A stretch of 64,000 bases of DNA from Trichoplax adhaerens. Lineage: Eukaryota; Animalia; Placozoa. The translations under genes were made by a program, and so were the position numbers. Location of the stretch: assembly GCF_000150275.1 (NCBI RefSeq), contig NW_002060971.1, forward strand, positions 351,212-415,211, in the 5' to 3' direction. Positions 25,601 through 39,629 of this stretch are shown here, piece after piece. How positions within the stretch are numbered: the first letter of the stretch is position 1; every line of letters begins with the position of its first letter. The notes under the pieces were generated by a model. The model made no database searches and was not told the origin of the DNA. It worked only from the letters and a program-made list of their open reading frames with translations.

Positions 25601-28600
25601 ATATTACCGGCAATTCCTTGGGTAGAATGAGTAAGTAGGACTAGACATTAGGATAAACGAGCACGAATTGGATTTGACTACAATGTTGCTTTTTCATTCT
25701 TATCAATCCTACATTAGATTCTGGCCGTTTAAGAGTGCAAAAAATGGAAAATGTCAGCAAAGTATTGAGCTATATTCGAACCATGGTAAGATTATAAAAA
25801 TGAGTAATAGCCAAGTGTACTTTCGTAGTGCTATTTTCTCATTCAGAAAGCAAATGATCCACATGTGTAAGATTAATTTTTAAATACAGCCATATCGTTG
25901 AATCGATTAGGTTAAGTTGGAAAGTATTGGCGCTGAAGACATTGTGGATGGCAATCCACGCTTAGTTTTAGGATTGATTTGGACAATTATATTGCGTTTT
26001 CAAATCCAAGAAGTTCAATTAGATGATGAAAGCGCTGAACAACGTTCTGCTAAAGAAGCTTTGCTATTATGGTGCCAACGAAATACTACAGGGTAATTGA
26101 TATTTTTTCGCCTAATATTAAGTCCTAGTATTTATTCTTCTTGTCGATCAATGTCTAAACCCATTTGTGATGGATATTGGCAATTTGTAGTTATCCCGGT
26201 GTCAACGTTAAGAATTTCACTTCTAGTTGGAGCAATGGTTTGGCTTTTAATGCCTTAATCCATCATTTCAGGTACGACCAAAACTAATTTCAGGATAGGA
26301 GATTTTAGACCTATCACTTAGTATCAACAAATAAATCTCGTCTCAACATTGCTAACTCTACGTATTATGTATGCCATTAGGCCTGATTTAATCGATTTTC
26401 GATCATTACCGCCGGAAAAACATTTGGACAACTTAGAAAATGCTTTCCGTGTCGCTGAAAAAGATCTAGGCATTCATCCATTATTGGATCCAGAAGGTAG
26501 AAATGATGGCCTACAAAATCTGAAATTCCATTTTTCTGTACGTTCTCCTGTGTTATTAACCAAATCTATGATCTTATATTGGCTAGATGTGGATGTAGTT
26601 AGGCCTGATGAAAAATCCATTATGACCTATTTGATTGCTTACTACCAATACTTTGCTAAAATGCGAACTGAGAAAACGGGTGGTAAAAGGATTGGCAAGG
26701 TAAGTCTATTCATTATCCACGTTGCTTTTACAGTTTGCTACAGACCTTTTAGGCATGGATAAATCTAAATTAGGAACATTTCTTTGCTTTCTTAGATTAT
26801 TGGCTTGATTATGGAAGTAGAGAAAATGGTCAAAGATTACTACATGTCCATTGATGATTTATTAAAATGGATCTCCAAAACCATCGAAACGCTCTCTGAA
26901 AGAAATTTTCCCAATACTATCGAACGGATTAAGAAGGAGATGATAAAATTTAACCAATATCGTACAACGGAAAAGCCACCAAAGTAAGATTTAATATTGC
27001 AGTATCATAATACTAATTAGTGTTGCCCTATTCTAACTATCCAGTAATGAGAGTAAACAGATTATCCAATGGGCATATAGAAAGTTAGTCGTTATAGCAT
27101 TAAATTACTTATTTAAAGCTTGCAAATCAATTCGTTAATGACGAGCCATGGAGTATCCAGTAACAGCAGATTTTACTTCGATTTTATCACTAGTACGAAT
27201 AATTCCTATCATATCTTAAAATGATTTTATTAGATAGTTGATTACTTTATAAAGTTGTTGGCTCAGTAAGCTTGGTTTAGTCAATAGATCAAGTTTGCTA
27301 ATTTTTTGGAGATTGTGCTGAGAACAGACTTCCCGAATATGATTATAATCCTTCAATTTTCTCTCGGCTTAATCATGCGTTGCTCCTTTATTAATGTTAC
27401 CTTTGATAATTTTAGGCTAAGCGAAAGAAGCAATTTGGAAGTATTATTTTTTAACATTCAGACCAAGCTACGAGCTAACAATCAAAAGGTGTTTACTCCC
27501 AACGAAGGCAAATTTATTTCTGATATAAATCGGGCTTGGGAAAAGCTTGAAAAAGTTGAACATGGACGTGAAATCGCTTTGCGCCAAGAAATGCAAAGGT
27601 AACACCTTCTATCCATGAATGCTTTAAGATTTATGATACGTTATCATAATTAAATTTTTATCGTTGAGATTGCATCGCAACTAAGTAGAGCTAAATTCTC
27701 CCATACCTATAGATTAGAACATCTTGAAAATTTGGCTGCTAAATTTGGCAAAAAGGTAAAGTCTCGATTTTAAATAATACTTGCGGTAATTTATCATTGG
27801 TCTAATAATACTGTATTTCTAGCCTAGTTTATTCCTTATTTTAACTCATTAAATAACATTACATTTACTTTCATTTATACGCGTAGATTGGTCTTCATGA
27901 AGATTGGCTAAGCGATATGGATATTTTATTAGACGAAAGTCTTCAATATAATGATAAGCGTTCTGTTGAAATATCAATTCAGCGTCAAGAAGCCATCGAG
28001 AATGATATCCAAGGAAGGGTAATTCATTTCAATCGATTCGATATCTTACTCCATCATATCCAGCAATAGATTTTCTAGATTGCTATTACTAGATGCTTAA
28101 TGGATTCCACTTTATAATCGATAGGAGGATCGTTTTATGCGATTATTTTCATTAGCCGATGAATTAGTCAACGGAAATTACCATGGAGCTGATGATATTC
28201 GCCAAAAGTAAGGCTTACTATTTTGCTTGATTATACTATACAACCTGGACAGAATACGGTTATACTTCTGCTTATTATAGTAAAGAATAAGATTAAAAGA
28301 AATATTTCTCACTTCTACATTTTAAAGGACTGAAAAGTTACAAACACGCTGGCATGATATTCTAGCAAAACTGCGCCCTCGCCAATTGATAGCTGATGCC
28401 TTAAAAGAATTGTTAGTCTTGTATCGAGAGATAGAGTCAGCAACATTCGAATTGGAAGACTTAGATGTAAGTTGATCATCAGATATTAGCGTTTAAATGT
28501 ATTTGATGGTCCTAACGTCCTTTAATAGCTGAATAAAAATGATTTGAATAAATACCTTAACCAATTCTGCAGTATTTCTCGTACGAATTAGCACAGTTAA

Positions 28601-31600
28601 CCGATAGGTCGTGAATGAGTTTACAGTTCCTTATCCATTTTATGCTGTGTTATTCTATCGAGTTTGCTATTCAAAGCTATAGCGAACAGGAAATTATTTC
28701 TCACATAGATACGATTTATAGGATACTCAGGAATACTGTAGGATAACATTTTAGCCAATTTAAAGTTGTAATTTATTTTCAATATTCATTTTTACAGAAA
28801 CGCTTGTCGACGAAGGAGTCGAACCAGTCTTCATTAAATGTCGAAGCTTTATTAGAGAGACATAACTTAATTGAAAAAGAATTAGAAACACTTCGAGAAA
28901 GAATCGATAAGACTTCGCATAAGATACAAAATTATATCCGATCAGGCAATCCAGAGTATACTAAACTTCGAGATAAACATACGCAGCTTGTTAGGCTCTA
29001 CAATACTATAACTGATTTATGCTTGAGGAAAAGAGAAACTCTGAGCGAATTTCTCGAGTTTCGTTCCTATCGCAGAAGTGCTGAAGCAGAGTTAGGTTGG
29101 CTGAAAGAAAAAGAACAAGATTTCCGTACGGCTTCTTTAGCAAAGGATTTAAGCAATGTGCCTAGGATGCAAAAGAAACAAGAAGTGAGTATTAGATCTA
29201 TTACCAAATCGATGTAGTAATTGCAGTTGGTAGAATATAGCGTTTACTGGAAAGATTTCTTATACATTCCTATAGCAGTCAATCGTATAATAGATATTAT
29301 TACCACAATATATTGAGCTGAATATTCTATATCATTCCATTTTCTGATCTTTAATCAATATATTCAGAATTTTCAATTTAATTTCTTTTCTTCATAGTTG
29401 CTCGTTTCTGAAATGCATGCTAGAAGGCCAATGTTTGAAAAGACGATGGATGATGCTGAGAAAGCATCCAAATTGAATAATATCGATGCCGAAAAGCTGA
29501 AAGATATCATTTCTGAAGCTAGATCAAAATGGCAAACACTATCCCGGCTAAGTCAAGAACGCTTAAAGTATCTGATTGATATTGGCCAATTGCAACAGTA
29601 TTTAGCTGATTGTGATGATGCAGAATCATGGATCAACGGAAAATTACCCTTAGTATCCAATACTGATTATGGCCGTGATGAAAGCAATACAGAAACATTG
29701 CTACAGAATTTATCCATGGTTCGGAATGATGTGGATAATTTTGATGAAGACATGCAGCGATTATCCAATTTATGCCGCTCAGTTATTGAAATGCTGGAAG
29801 GCTTGCCATCAACACCAGTACAGCAACAACAGCAGCAACAACAGCAGCAGATGAAGCAAGAGCATATTCCGATACAAACTTTGGATGATATCGATCCGGA
29901 AGAAAGTTCTGATGGCAAAGAAATGTTAACAGAAATTGAGGTACCACAAGTACGCGCTTTATATCCATTTGAAGGGAAAAGTATGACTATGGCTCGCGAT
30001 GAAGTTTTACTGTTAATGGATAAAAGCCACCCAGATTGGTGGATTGTTAAAAATGATGAAGGTCGTGTAGGTTATGCTCCGGCTAATTATATTAAGGAAA
30101 TTGCTCCACGGGTCCTTTATCACGTTAGTAAAGATCCCAAATCATCGAAAAAATTACGAAAAGAAGCCAAAAAAGAATTAAATTCCAAGCCACAACAAAT
30201 TACAGCAGCTGTTGACTTAAGTTTACTGCCATCGATCAATGATATCCGTGAGAAACAACGCCATTTACAAGGTCTCTATCAACAATTACGATCGCTTACT
30301 GGCCAACGTTATGATCGTTTAACATTTACGCATTACTATCATGGCTTTAAGCGTGATTGCGATGATATCGAAGATTGGATTAATCAACAAATAACCACGT
30401 TATCGAATCCAATTTATCAATCTAATCTTGATCATTTATCGCATTTAGAGAAAGCTTTTGAGCAATTAGAGCGCCAACTACCAAGTAAACAAGCACAACT
30501 AAAAACCATTCAAGATGCTGGAAAAGATATTATTATATCCAAAAAGTATCGACAATTCGACGATGAGATAGTGAAATCGATCGATCATGTTAATCAACGT
30601 TGGCAAGTCTTATTAGCCTTGAAAAATCAAACTGGAAAAAATATCCAAAATTTAATCGGTGTCCGCAACGTTATACAGCAATGTGATGAATTGAAATTGT
30701 GGCTAGATCAGAAGCAATCTGATCTAACACAAGATCAGGATGATCCAGATCAAGCTTATTCACCCAATGAAACGAAGAAATATCATCATCAACATTTAGA
30801 TTTACAAAAAGATATAGCACGCGGTCAACGCGATATGGACCATTTATCGAAATTAATCCAAGAGTTAGCGATAGAAGAGCCACAATTGCAACAACAGGTG
30901 CAATCTAAATGGTCGGAATTAAATTCGATCTGGGATCAAATGCAACAACAATCCACAGCTAAGATTGGTACATTAGATTATGAATTCCGTCTTGAACAGT
31001 TTATGCGACAATCCAGTGATTTATTAGAATGGGCAGCCAATATGGAAAGTAATATCGATATCAGTCATACGATGATTGATAGTGTTCGCCAAGCTGAGGA
31101 ATTTCTAGAGCAAAATAAAGAAAATGAGGCAACGGTAGTTTTACATCGTGAAAACTATACCGAATTAATTGCCTTAGGCCAATCGCTGAAAGCAGAACAT
31201 CCTAGCCATCGTGAACAGTTAAATTCTCGATTAGAACAATTAGCAGCCAGTCAAGATCATCTTAATACATGTTGGCATGATTACTGCAAATACTTGTCCA
31301 ATTGCTTAGATTGGCAATTACTCAATCGCGATTATCAACAAATTAGTAAAAAATACGATGCTATGGAGAAATTGTTAACTCAATATACCGATACAAGTTG
31401 CCCATCCAATTTCGATACCATTAAAAGGCGCTATAACGAAATAGAAGGACCATTAAAAATGCAAGATGATCGCTTAACATCATTTAATAATATTGCTCAA
31501 GCGTTATTATTACGTGGACATCCACAAGATGAAGTTATTACCATCTATCAACGTCGTATTATTGAACGGCGTGAACAAATTTGGAATCTCTATGATCAAT

Positions 31601-34600
31601 TATATGATAAATTGGTTGTGATTGAAGAGATTGCAAGTTATGTTAAAGAAGTGGATGAAATTATCGATTGGGTAAGTGATAAAATCCATTTATTAGGGCA
31701 AGATGATTTCTATCGTGATCCATCGCATACGCAGAGTAAATTGTCCAAGCATGAAAATTTAGAGGCTGAAATTAATGCTAATCAAGATCATGTCGATGAT
31801 ATTGTACATTATGGGCAGCAATTAGTTAAGAAATATCATGATCATGGCCTTGAAGCTAAATTATCCATCGATTTATTAACTGAAAAGTGGAGTGAATTAA
31901 TTCAACAAACAGAATTACGACGACGCCGTCTAGAGCAAAATAGTCAATTGCAATCATTTAATACCAATATGAAAGATATCGATGATAAAATAACTCATAT
32001 TGAACATTTCTCTCAATATGATGTCGATGGTAAGGATATTGTTGCTATACGCCATCTCTATCAAAAGTATAAAGAATATGAGTTACAACTTGGCATGATC
32101 AATAAGACATTGCAAAATATCAACGAACGATGTCAAGAATTTGTTCAGGATGAAAATTATCTTGCCTATAAATGTATGCAAAAATGCCAACGATTAATCC
32201 AACGTTATGAATTATTATCGCAACAAATTGTCCAACGGAAATTACGTATTGAAGCAACAGCTTTATTTCATCAATTTAATCAAGAAATTCATGATGAATC
32301 CACATGGATTGAAGATCGTTTACGCAATTTACCCTCATTAATCGTTGTTACTGATATCGATGGTGTTATTGCATCGCAAAAACGATTGAATTTATTACAA
32401 TTGGAATTAACTGGCCATCAAGAAATTATCGATCAAATTATCCATGGTGGTGATACATTACAAAATCGTTCATCCATGATGAAAATTAAAATTCAACCTC
32501 TACGTAATACTTTATTAACATTATTAGGTAAATTAAAGACAACCATTCAGGATAAAAAGAAATACTTAGATATCGAATATGAAGTATTGCAATATTTAAG
32601 TAAAGCAGAAGAATTAGAAGCCACCATGCAAGACAAGCTTAATTTAATACATAATCTCGATCATTATCAAAGTGAAGATACTGCTAATCGCTCCTTGTTA
32701 TTGCAACAATCGATTGCATCGGATAGTGATCAATATTCAAAACAAATTAAAGCATTACAAAAAGAATGCCAACAAATTGTGCAACTAGATGAAAATAAGA
32801 AAGATATTACCACTCGAAAACAAAGCCAACTACAGGATAAATTACGTCAATTAAAAGTATCCAATGTTCAATTAAAAAGTCGATTAACATCTTATTTAAA
32901 ATGTATTTATTTTATTCATCAAGCGGATGAATTATTGGCGTTTATCCATAATAAGATGAAATTAGCATCATCGACAGATTATGGACGTAACATTGATCAT
33001 GTTGATGATTTATGGCATGGTTATGAAATATTGCGTCAAGAATTCGACTTAAAAGTCAAGACTTATTCTGATTTGAAAGATTTATCCGATGCATTAATCC
33101 ATGAAGAAAGCCCAATCCAAGATCAAGTTAAAACAGCACGAGTCTCAGTGATGCAAAGTTGGACTGTATTACGTGAAGAAATTAAAAAACGTGGTGAAAA
33201 TTTGGAATCGGCTGCTACAACTCATCGTTTATATATGGATTTGACAGATATCCAACATCAGATAGATAGTAAACGTGCAGTATTACGCCAAGATGTGGGT
33301 CGAAATTTAAATGCAGTCTTAAGTTTATTACGCCAACATGAATTATTCTTAAATAGTGTGCAAGCATTAGAAGATAAAGTCAAAGTTACTGTCTTTAAAG
33401 TAGATCGCATGCATTTTCCACATTTAAGTTTATTAATATCCAAGATTAATCAACGTGCCCATGATGTCCAGGCGCAATTAAAGACATTAAAGTTAGCTTG
33501 CGATGATTATGCTACACGTTTAAATGTATCCGAGCAACATTATCGTTGTATGAATTCGGTGAAAGATTTAGCATCGTGGGCTGTTAGCTTAAATGAGGTT
33601 ATTACATCGGAGACAACACCGCAATCACGCCAGGAATTAATGGTTCAAGTAAGTAGTCATGAAGCTAATGGTTTAGAAGTGCGCTCGAAAGACAGTTTAA
33701 TTGAAGAAGTATTAAGCCAAGGCCAATTATTAGTTAACAGCCAAGGACGTCCAGCTATGGATTTATATAATGCTTTATCTTTATTGCGCGAGAATTCTGA
33801 TTTATTAAAGACTAATTGGTCTAATAGGAAACAACGCCTTGAACAATTACATAAATATTTCTTATTTGAACAAAGTAGCCAACAAATTGTCCACGATTTA
33901 AATGATATCCAAGGCAAATTGAAACAACAATTTCAAACATTGGATGAATTGCAACAAGTTGATCATCGTATTAAAGAAGTTATCCAGCAATTAAATCAAT
34001 TGAACGAAATTAAAGATCGTATTGGTCGCTTAAGTGATTCTATCCAATTAATGAAAGATGGACGCTTAAGCCATAAGATGACCGATAATATAAATCACGA
34101 TATTAAGCCTAAATATCATGATGTTTATAATCATGCTAATGATAAATTGAAAGAGGCTAAATGCCAGCATGCCTATTTAGATTTTACACAACGTGTTGAA
34201 GAAGTTAGATGGCGACTAGTTGAAAAAGATGAATGCATCCATGAAATATGCCAATATTATCTTGATACGCCATCCATTGAAATTCGCCAAAATCATTTAT
34301 TCCAAAGTCTACTATTACCATGTGAGAAAGAAAAAATCGAAGTTATACGTCATGGGCAAAAATTATTAGATACTGGCCATCCATTAAATCAAGAGATCCA
34401 TAAACAGATCGGTAAATTACAAGATAAATGGCATCAGTTGAAATCAAGCGATAAAAAATTACAACATTGTCTAATCCAATCGAAAGAAATGGCTATCTTT
34501 AATAAAGATGCTCAATTTGAATTACTATGGATTGAGGAAAGATTAACCATCTATAAGCATCCATCGTTAGGTCATGATTTACCACAGAATCAATTGATAC

Positions 34601-37600
34601 AACGCCAATTAAATGAAAAAGAAGAGGAATATCGACAGAATGAGCTATACTTGAAGAGTATCGTCGCTTATGGGCAAAAATTAATTGATCATCAACATCC
34701 ATCACAGGATTTAATTCAAGTTAAACGTGATCAATTAAATTATCAATGGTCTTTACTACAACAATCGATAGTACAATTTAAATTATTATTAAAACAAGCT
34801 GGGCAGTATTTCTCGTTTGTTATCGATGCTAATGTTATTATCCAAGCGTTAGATAAAATGATCGAAGTGTTACAAAATCAAGATTTAGGCTCGGCAGCCG
34901 ATACCACACAAACTTATATTGCTACTTATCGACGCCTTGAAGGTGAAATTACAATTTTACAACCGCGTGTGATCGACTTTGATCAACTTGCAACCGCAAT
35001 GTTAACATCTTGTCCACCCTATCAAGAGCAAATCCATGCTAAATATGATGAAGTGATGATAAAATGGACCCAAATCAATCAATTATCCGATCAACGTAAA
35101 GCTGGACTAGATGATCAACAGCTTTATCATCAATTTAAATTTGAAGAAAAATATTGCTCTTCCTATATGGATGATATTGATCGCAATATGAATGCACCTG
35201 AACTACCACAAACATTAGAAGATTCTGAAAATGCAATTATGATCCATAATGCTCAAGTTAATGATTTAGATAAATGTGCCGATTCGTTGAAAAAACTCGA
35301 TGAAATGTATCAACAAAATAGCCATCGACCTCAAGCCTATGAAATGAAAGATACTATCCAAGAATTGTTTCAACGCCATGATAATTTAACTCATGCATGG
35401 GAAATGCGAGATAAATTACTCGATCAAAATCGTAACTTGCATATATTTATGCAACGTGCTGATGAAATTGAGCAAAATTTCAACCGTTTAGATGAGCACT
35501 ATTTAACCGATGATATGGTGGAAGACAGTATCGATCATGTTGATTTATTGCAGAAAGAATTAAACGAAGTGGATAAAAATATCGAAGAATATGATCAAGA
35601 TCGTATAGCATTGGAGAAATTCGCTCTCACCTTAATCCAAAGTGGCCATTATGATAAAGAAACAATCTTAAAACGATTAAATAGTTTATTAACTATTAAA
35701 AATCGCATTAATAGCATCTATTTATCAAGGCGTACAGAATTGGAGCAATTACAAGAAGTAAAAGAATTTTTCGCTACCTGTGAAGAATTATTACTATGGA
35801 TTAATGAGAAAATATCCATTATCAATGATGCATCTTTTAGTGTACCAACCAATTTACCCTTGAAGTTAGAGAAACGCCAAACAGTTGAAAAAGAAGTTGC
35901 TGAACGTCGTGATGATGTGGACATCTTAATTAATCATGGTAGTAATTTATTATGGAAATCTAAGCATGTTGGACAAAGTATTGCTGCACGCCTAAACGAA
36001 ATTGATGATCGTTGGCATTACCTAGTTGATACTATTGATAAATTACGTGGACTATTAATAAGTAGCTTTAACGGCCAACAGTTATTATCACAATGTGAAG
36101 ATATGATCAATTGGATTAAAGAAGTTGAAAGTGAATTAAATTCCAATCAATATGGACACGATGTCAGTTCAACGACGGAGCTATTAGATCGTCATCATCA
36201 AATTGAAAATCAACTGCAGAATAATCATAATCAGGTTGTAGTATTATTAGATAAAATTGGCCAATCGCTACAGACTGAACATTTATTGGAAGATTCGTTA
36301 AAGAATTGCCAACAGGTTTTAGCTGAATCATTTGAGCCATTAGAGGAAATTGCTGAATATCGTGGTGCTGTTCTGGAAGAATATTTAAGAATTCATCGTT
36401 TCATCTATAGCTGTGATAAAGAAGTATTATGGATGAAGGAGAAAGAGCCATTAGTTAATTCAACATTTTATGGCAAAGAATTAAATGAAGTCAGGAAATT
36501 ATTACATAAACATGAAGAATTGCAAGCGCAAATGAATGAGCACGATGTCTTGATTGATGCAGTAATACGATTTTCATCTGAATTAACATTCCACTACTGT
36601 GGTGATCAATATTCACTGGAAGGATCAGATCGATCATGCCAAGAATTAATGGATCGATGGTCGGATTTTAAGTATAAAAGCAGTAAGCGAAGGGAAAATC
36701 TCCAGACTAACGTTGAAATTCAAGTGGTACGTTAGATTAGTAGAGGTTAAAATATCTTATCCTTGTTAATGATTATATTACTACCTACAAGTAAAATGAG
36801 TTGATATTCATATCTGAAAATGAGATATTTCTACTCCATTTATTCAATGATCTTGATCTACAGCTTGCTTTCACAGATGCTAAAGATAGAAAAGATAAAT
36901 ATGTAAATTTATTGCTTGCAACGTTGATCTTATATTTATTTTTATAAAATATTTTGCAGCTAATCTTTAGCATGAATGAAATTGAAACTACTCTTGGAGA
37001 TATGAAAGCTGAAGTTTTAAGTGCTGATTTAGGAGTTAATGAACAAATGAGTCAGGTAAGTTACTGTTGATATGATTAGATAGCCACTTGCTCAACAAGA
37101 TAATTATATAATTTTACGATATGGATAGGTCTTGATGCAAAACTTGGAGATCTTGCAACAAAAATTAGACAATTATCATGAGCGTTTGACTAACATTGAG
37201 TCAGAAATTAATAAGTTTGATGAGCAAGAATTGCCAGAATTATCAACCATGAAAAGGAAATATGTAAGTTGCCAATTGCTACAAAATTAAAAGTATAACA
37301 CCCACTACCATAAATAGCGTTACAACGGCTAATTTTTTTTTTTATTAAATTAATCGATTATCCTTTTTACTGAAATATGATTGCAGGCGTCTCTAGCAAA
37401 ATTATATACTGAAGTCTTCGATCTTGCTCGTAAGCGTCATGATCATCTTAACCGCGTCCTTCAAGCCCATCAAGTTAGTAAGGAAGTTGACAAATTGTAC
37501 AATTTCCTGAAGGAGAAAGAATTATCACCTGTCCTTCATGATCCTTGTCGTGATCTAGACCATGTCGAGGTTTGTTATCTATTCCAAATACCTTTATTTT

Positions 37601-39629
37601 GTTGCTAAGCTTACTGTATCGCATATAGTGAGTTAAAAATAGAAATATCAAGTACATACGCTAGTATTTAATGACGAAGAATGGCTATTAATTTGTTATG
37701 AATGATGAATTATTTGTATATATTCTATAATATCCTGGATGTAAAAATGTAGACAAAGAATGGTGATAATTTACTGTTAATTTGAAATTGGATTATTATG
37801 TGTTTAGAATATCCGCCAGAAGTTGAATGAATTCTATGATGTCCTGGAAGATTGCAGAAATCAAGTTGAGAATTTCTACGAATCCATGCAATTACTTCAA
37901 AGACTAAATCATCCGGAAAGTCACAATCGTGTACTGCAAGATCAGCTGGTCAAGGCTGACGACCAATTACATCATTTATATGAATTAGCTGAAAGGCGAA
38001 AGCAGGCATGGATCTTAACAATTTTATGTCTTGAATCTTGTTCTTAAATTAAGTGCTATGATTCTAATTTTATGAAATTCACTCTTTTCATCATGCAGTA
38101 TCTGACTGGAGCTTATCATTTGCATACTTACTATCACGACGTTGATGAAATTATACATTGGAGTCAGGTAGGATAATCACCAGCTATACTAATTCCAATA
38201 CTTACTGCCACTCCATACTGGTCATTTACTGATGACTATTTTACATTTTGGCTGTTCTATAGGAAACGGAAAAGAACTTGAATGTAGACGAAAAAAATGC
38301 AGAAAGTGTCAATCTAGCTCTACTACGAAATAAACATGAGCAATTAAAGGTAGGAAAGAGTGAAATGTAAAGATTTCTTTATTCTAGAAAGAGTATATAT
38401 ACAGCAGATAGGTATCGTGTACATTATAAACTAAACTAATTTGGTATATTATGCAATTGATAATGATAGGAGGATCTTGCCAATAGTGTTAACCTACAAG
38501 TTGAAACAGTCTTTTCTGAGAAGCAATATCTAATGCAAACATTCCCTGACGAAGCTAATCATATTTCTGACAAGCATAAGCAATTATCTATTATTTGGTC
38601 GCATTTACTAGAAAATATTTCCACCATGGATGGTAAAATAGAGCAAATTGAGCACTATCAGGAATTTTCTCGTGAATATAAAGATATTTGGTAAGTGATT
38701 GGTCATCTATTGATTATGATACTCGTTAGCTTTTCCCTTTTCAACTGTTAATAATGCATGGGTACTTTCCTGTCGTTTAGTTCTTGGATTAATCGTATGA
38801 TGAGATATTTAAGCCCAGATCTCAGTAAGAGTTGGACTAGTCTTGAAGACACAGGGAAAGGAAAGCGTACTTTAGAAAACGATATTTCAGAATATCACGA
38901 TCGATATATTCAATGGATAGAATTTGGTGAAGCTTTACTTGATAGTGGCCATTTTGCGTCTAATGCTATTCGTGATAGAATGGCTCATGTCAATGAACTT
39001 TGGTCTAACTTACAGCAAGAATGGCTATTGCATAAGAAAGATTTAGATCAAAGTGTCCGCGATCAGGTTTGTAATCTTGGGTTATTGTCATTAACTTCTG
39101 ATTTAATTACTATTAGACAACGTACTTAAATATAGTAGCTAGGCAATGTTAGCTAATTAATATTTGCTATTCTATCTCAGTTATATTATTTCCTTATTAA
39201 TAGTTTACAGCAGATGTCAAATAATAGAGGATTAGGAGTTTTATTTGGCTATAATTCCGTGATATTAGCAGATTATTTGAATTTTGTATAAAGTATTTAG
39301 GAATAATACTTATTCATTTTATAATATTTCAATTTATAGAGATTAGCGCAACGCCTTGATGCAGCTGATTCCTGGTTAGGTCTACAAGAAGCTGGAATAG
39401 AAGGCGAAGATATTCACAATGTAAGTGTAGCTTTGAAATAGGACAATTTGCTATAAGTCGTAAATCTAAGGTGTTAGTTTTATGCAGGCAACTAATTCAT
39501 GTATTTCCGTATTGGTGTATAATGTAGAGTTCTGTGGAAGATTTGGAAATTAAGTTAAGAAAGATTGGGAATGTCGAAGACAATATTGCAAAACAAGGAG
39601 ATCAATTTATTAAAAATTTACGTCATTAA
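22615..39629 (+). CDS. SPTBN5: Beta-heavy spectrin (karst/SMA-1/betaV-like): tandem CH actin-binding domain, long spectrin-repeat rod, internal SH3
   Basis: ATG GTT CGA G (22615-22624) splices to 24617, giving ...[25 protein letters not shown]. Also [55 protein letters not shown] and [11 protein letters not shown]3 (VRALYPF...DWW...GYAPANY) at about 29944-30105. Trp-periodic spectrin repeats continue to TAA at 39629. The first micro-exon is less certain than the rest. Confidence 0.92.
24945..25455. repeat. Intronic ~80-bp degenerate tandem repeat
   Basis: ttagaa....gatggcaattttacactttgccaataaatatcgattc-like unit at about 24948, 25025, 25103 and 25185, with partial copies at about 25385 and 25431, inside a spectrin intron. 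Confidence 0.8.
29398..36726 (+). CDS. Giant 7.3-kb internal coding exon of beta-heavy spectrin
   Basis: Acceptor ttcatag before 29398, 2443 uninterrupted codons of spectrin repeats plus polyQ and SH3, donor GTG|gtacgt at 36726. Confidence 0.93.

Noticed and set aside
29667-35924. Antisense and alternative-frame ORFs in the giant exon, including a polyCys ORF
   Set aside because: Shadows of the spectrin frame. The polyCys is the reverse complement of the polyQ.
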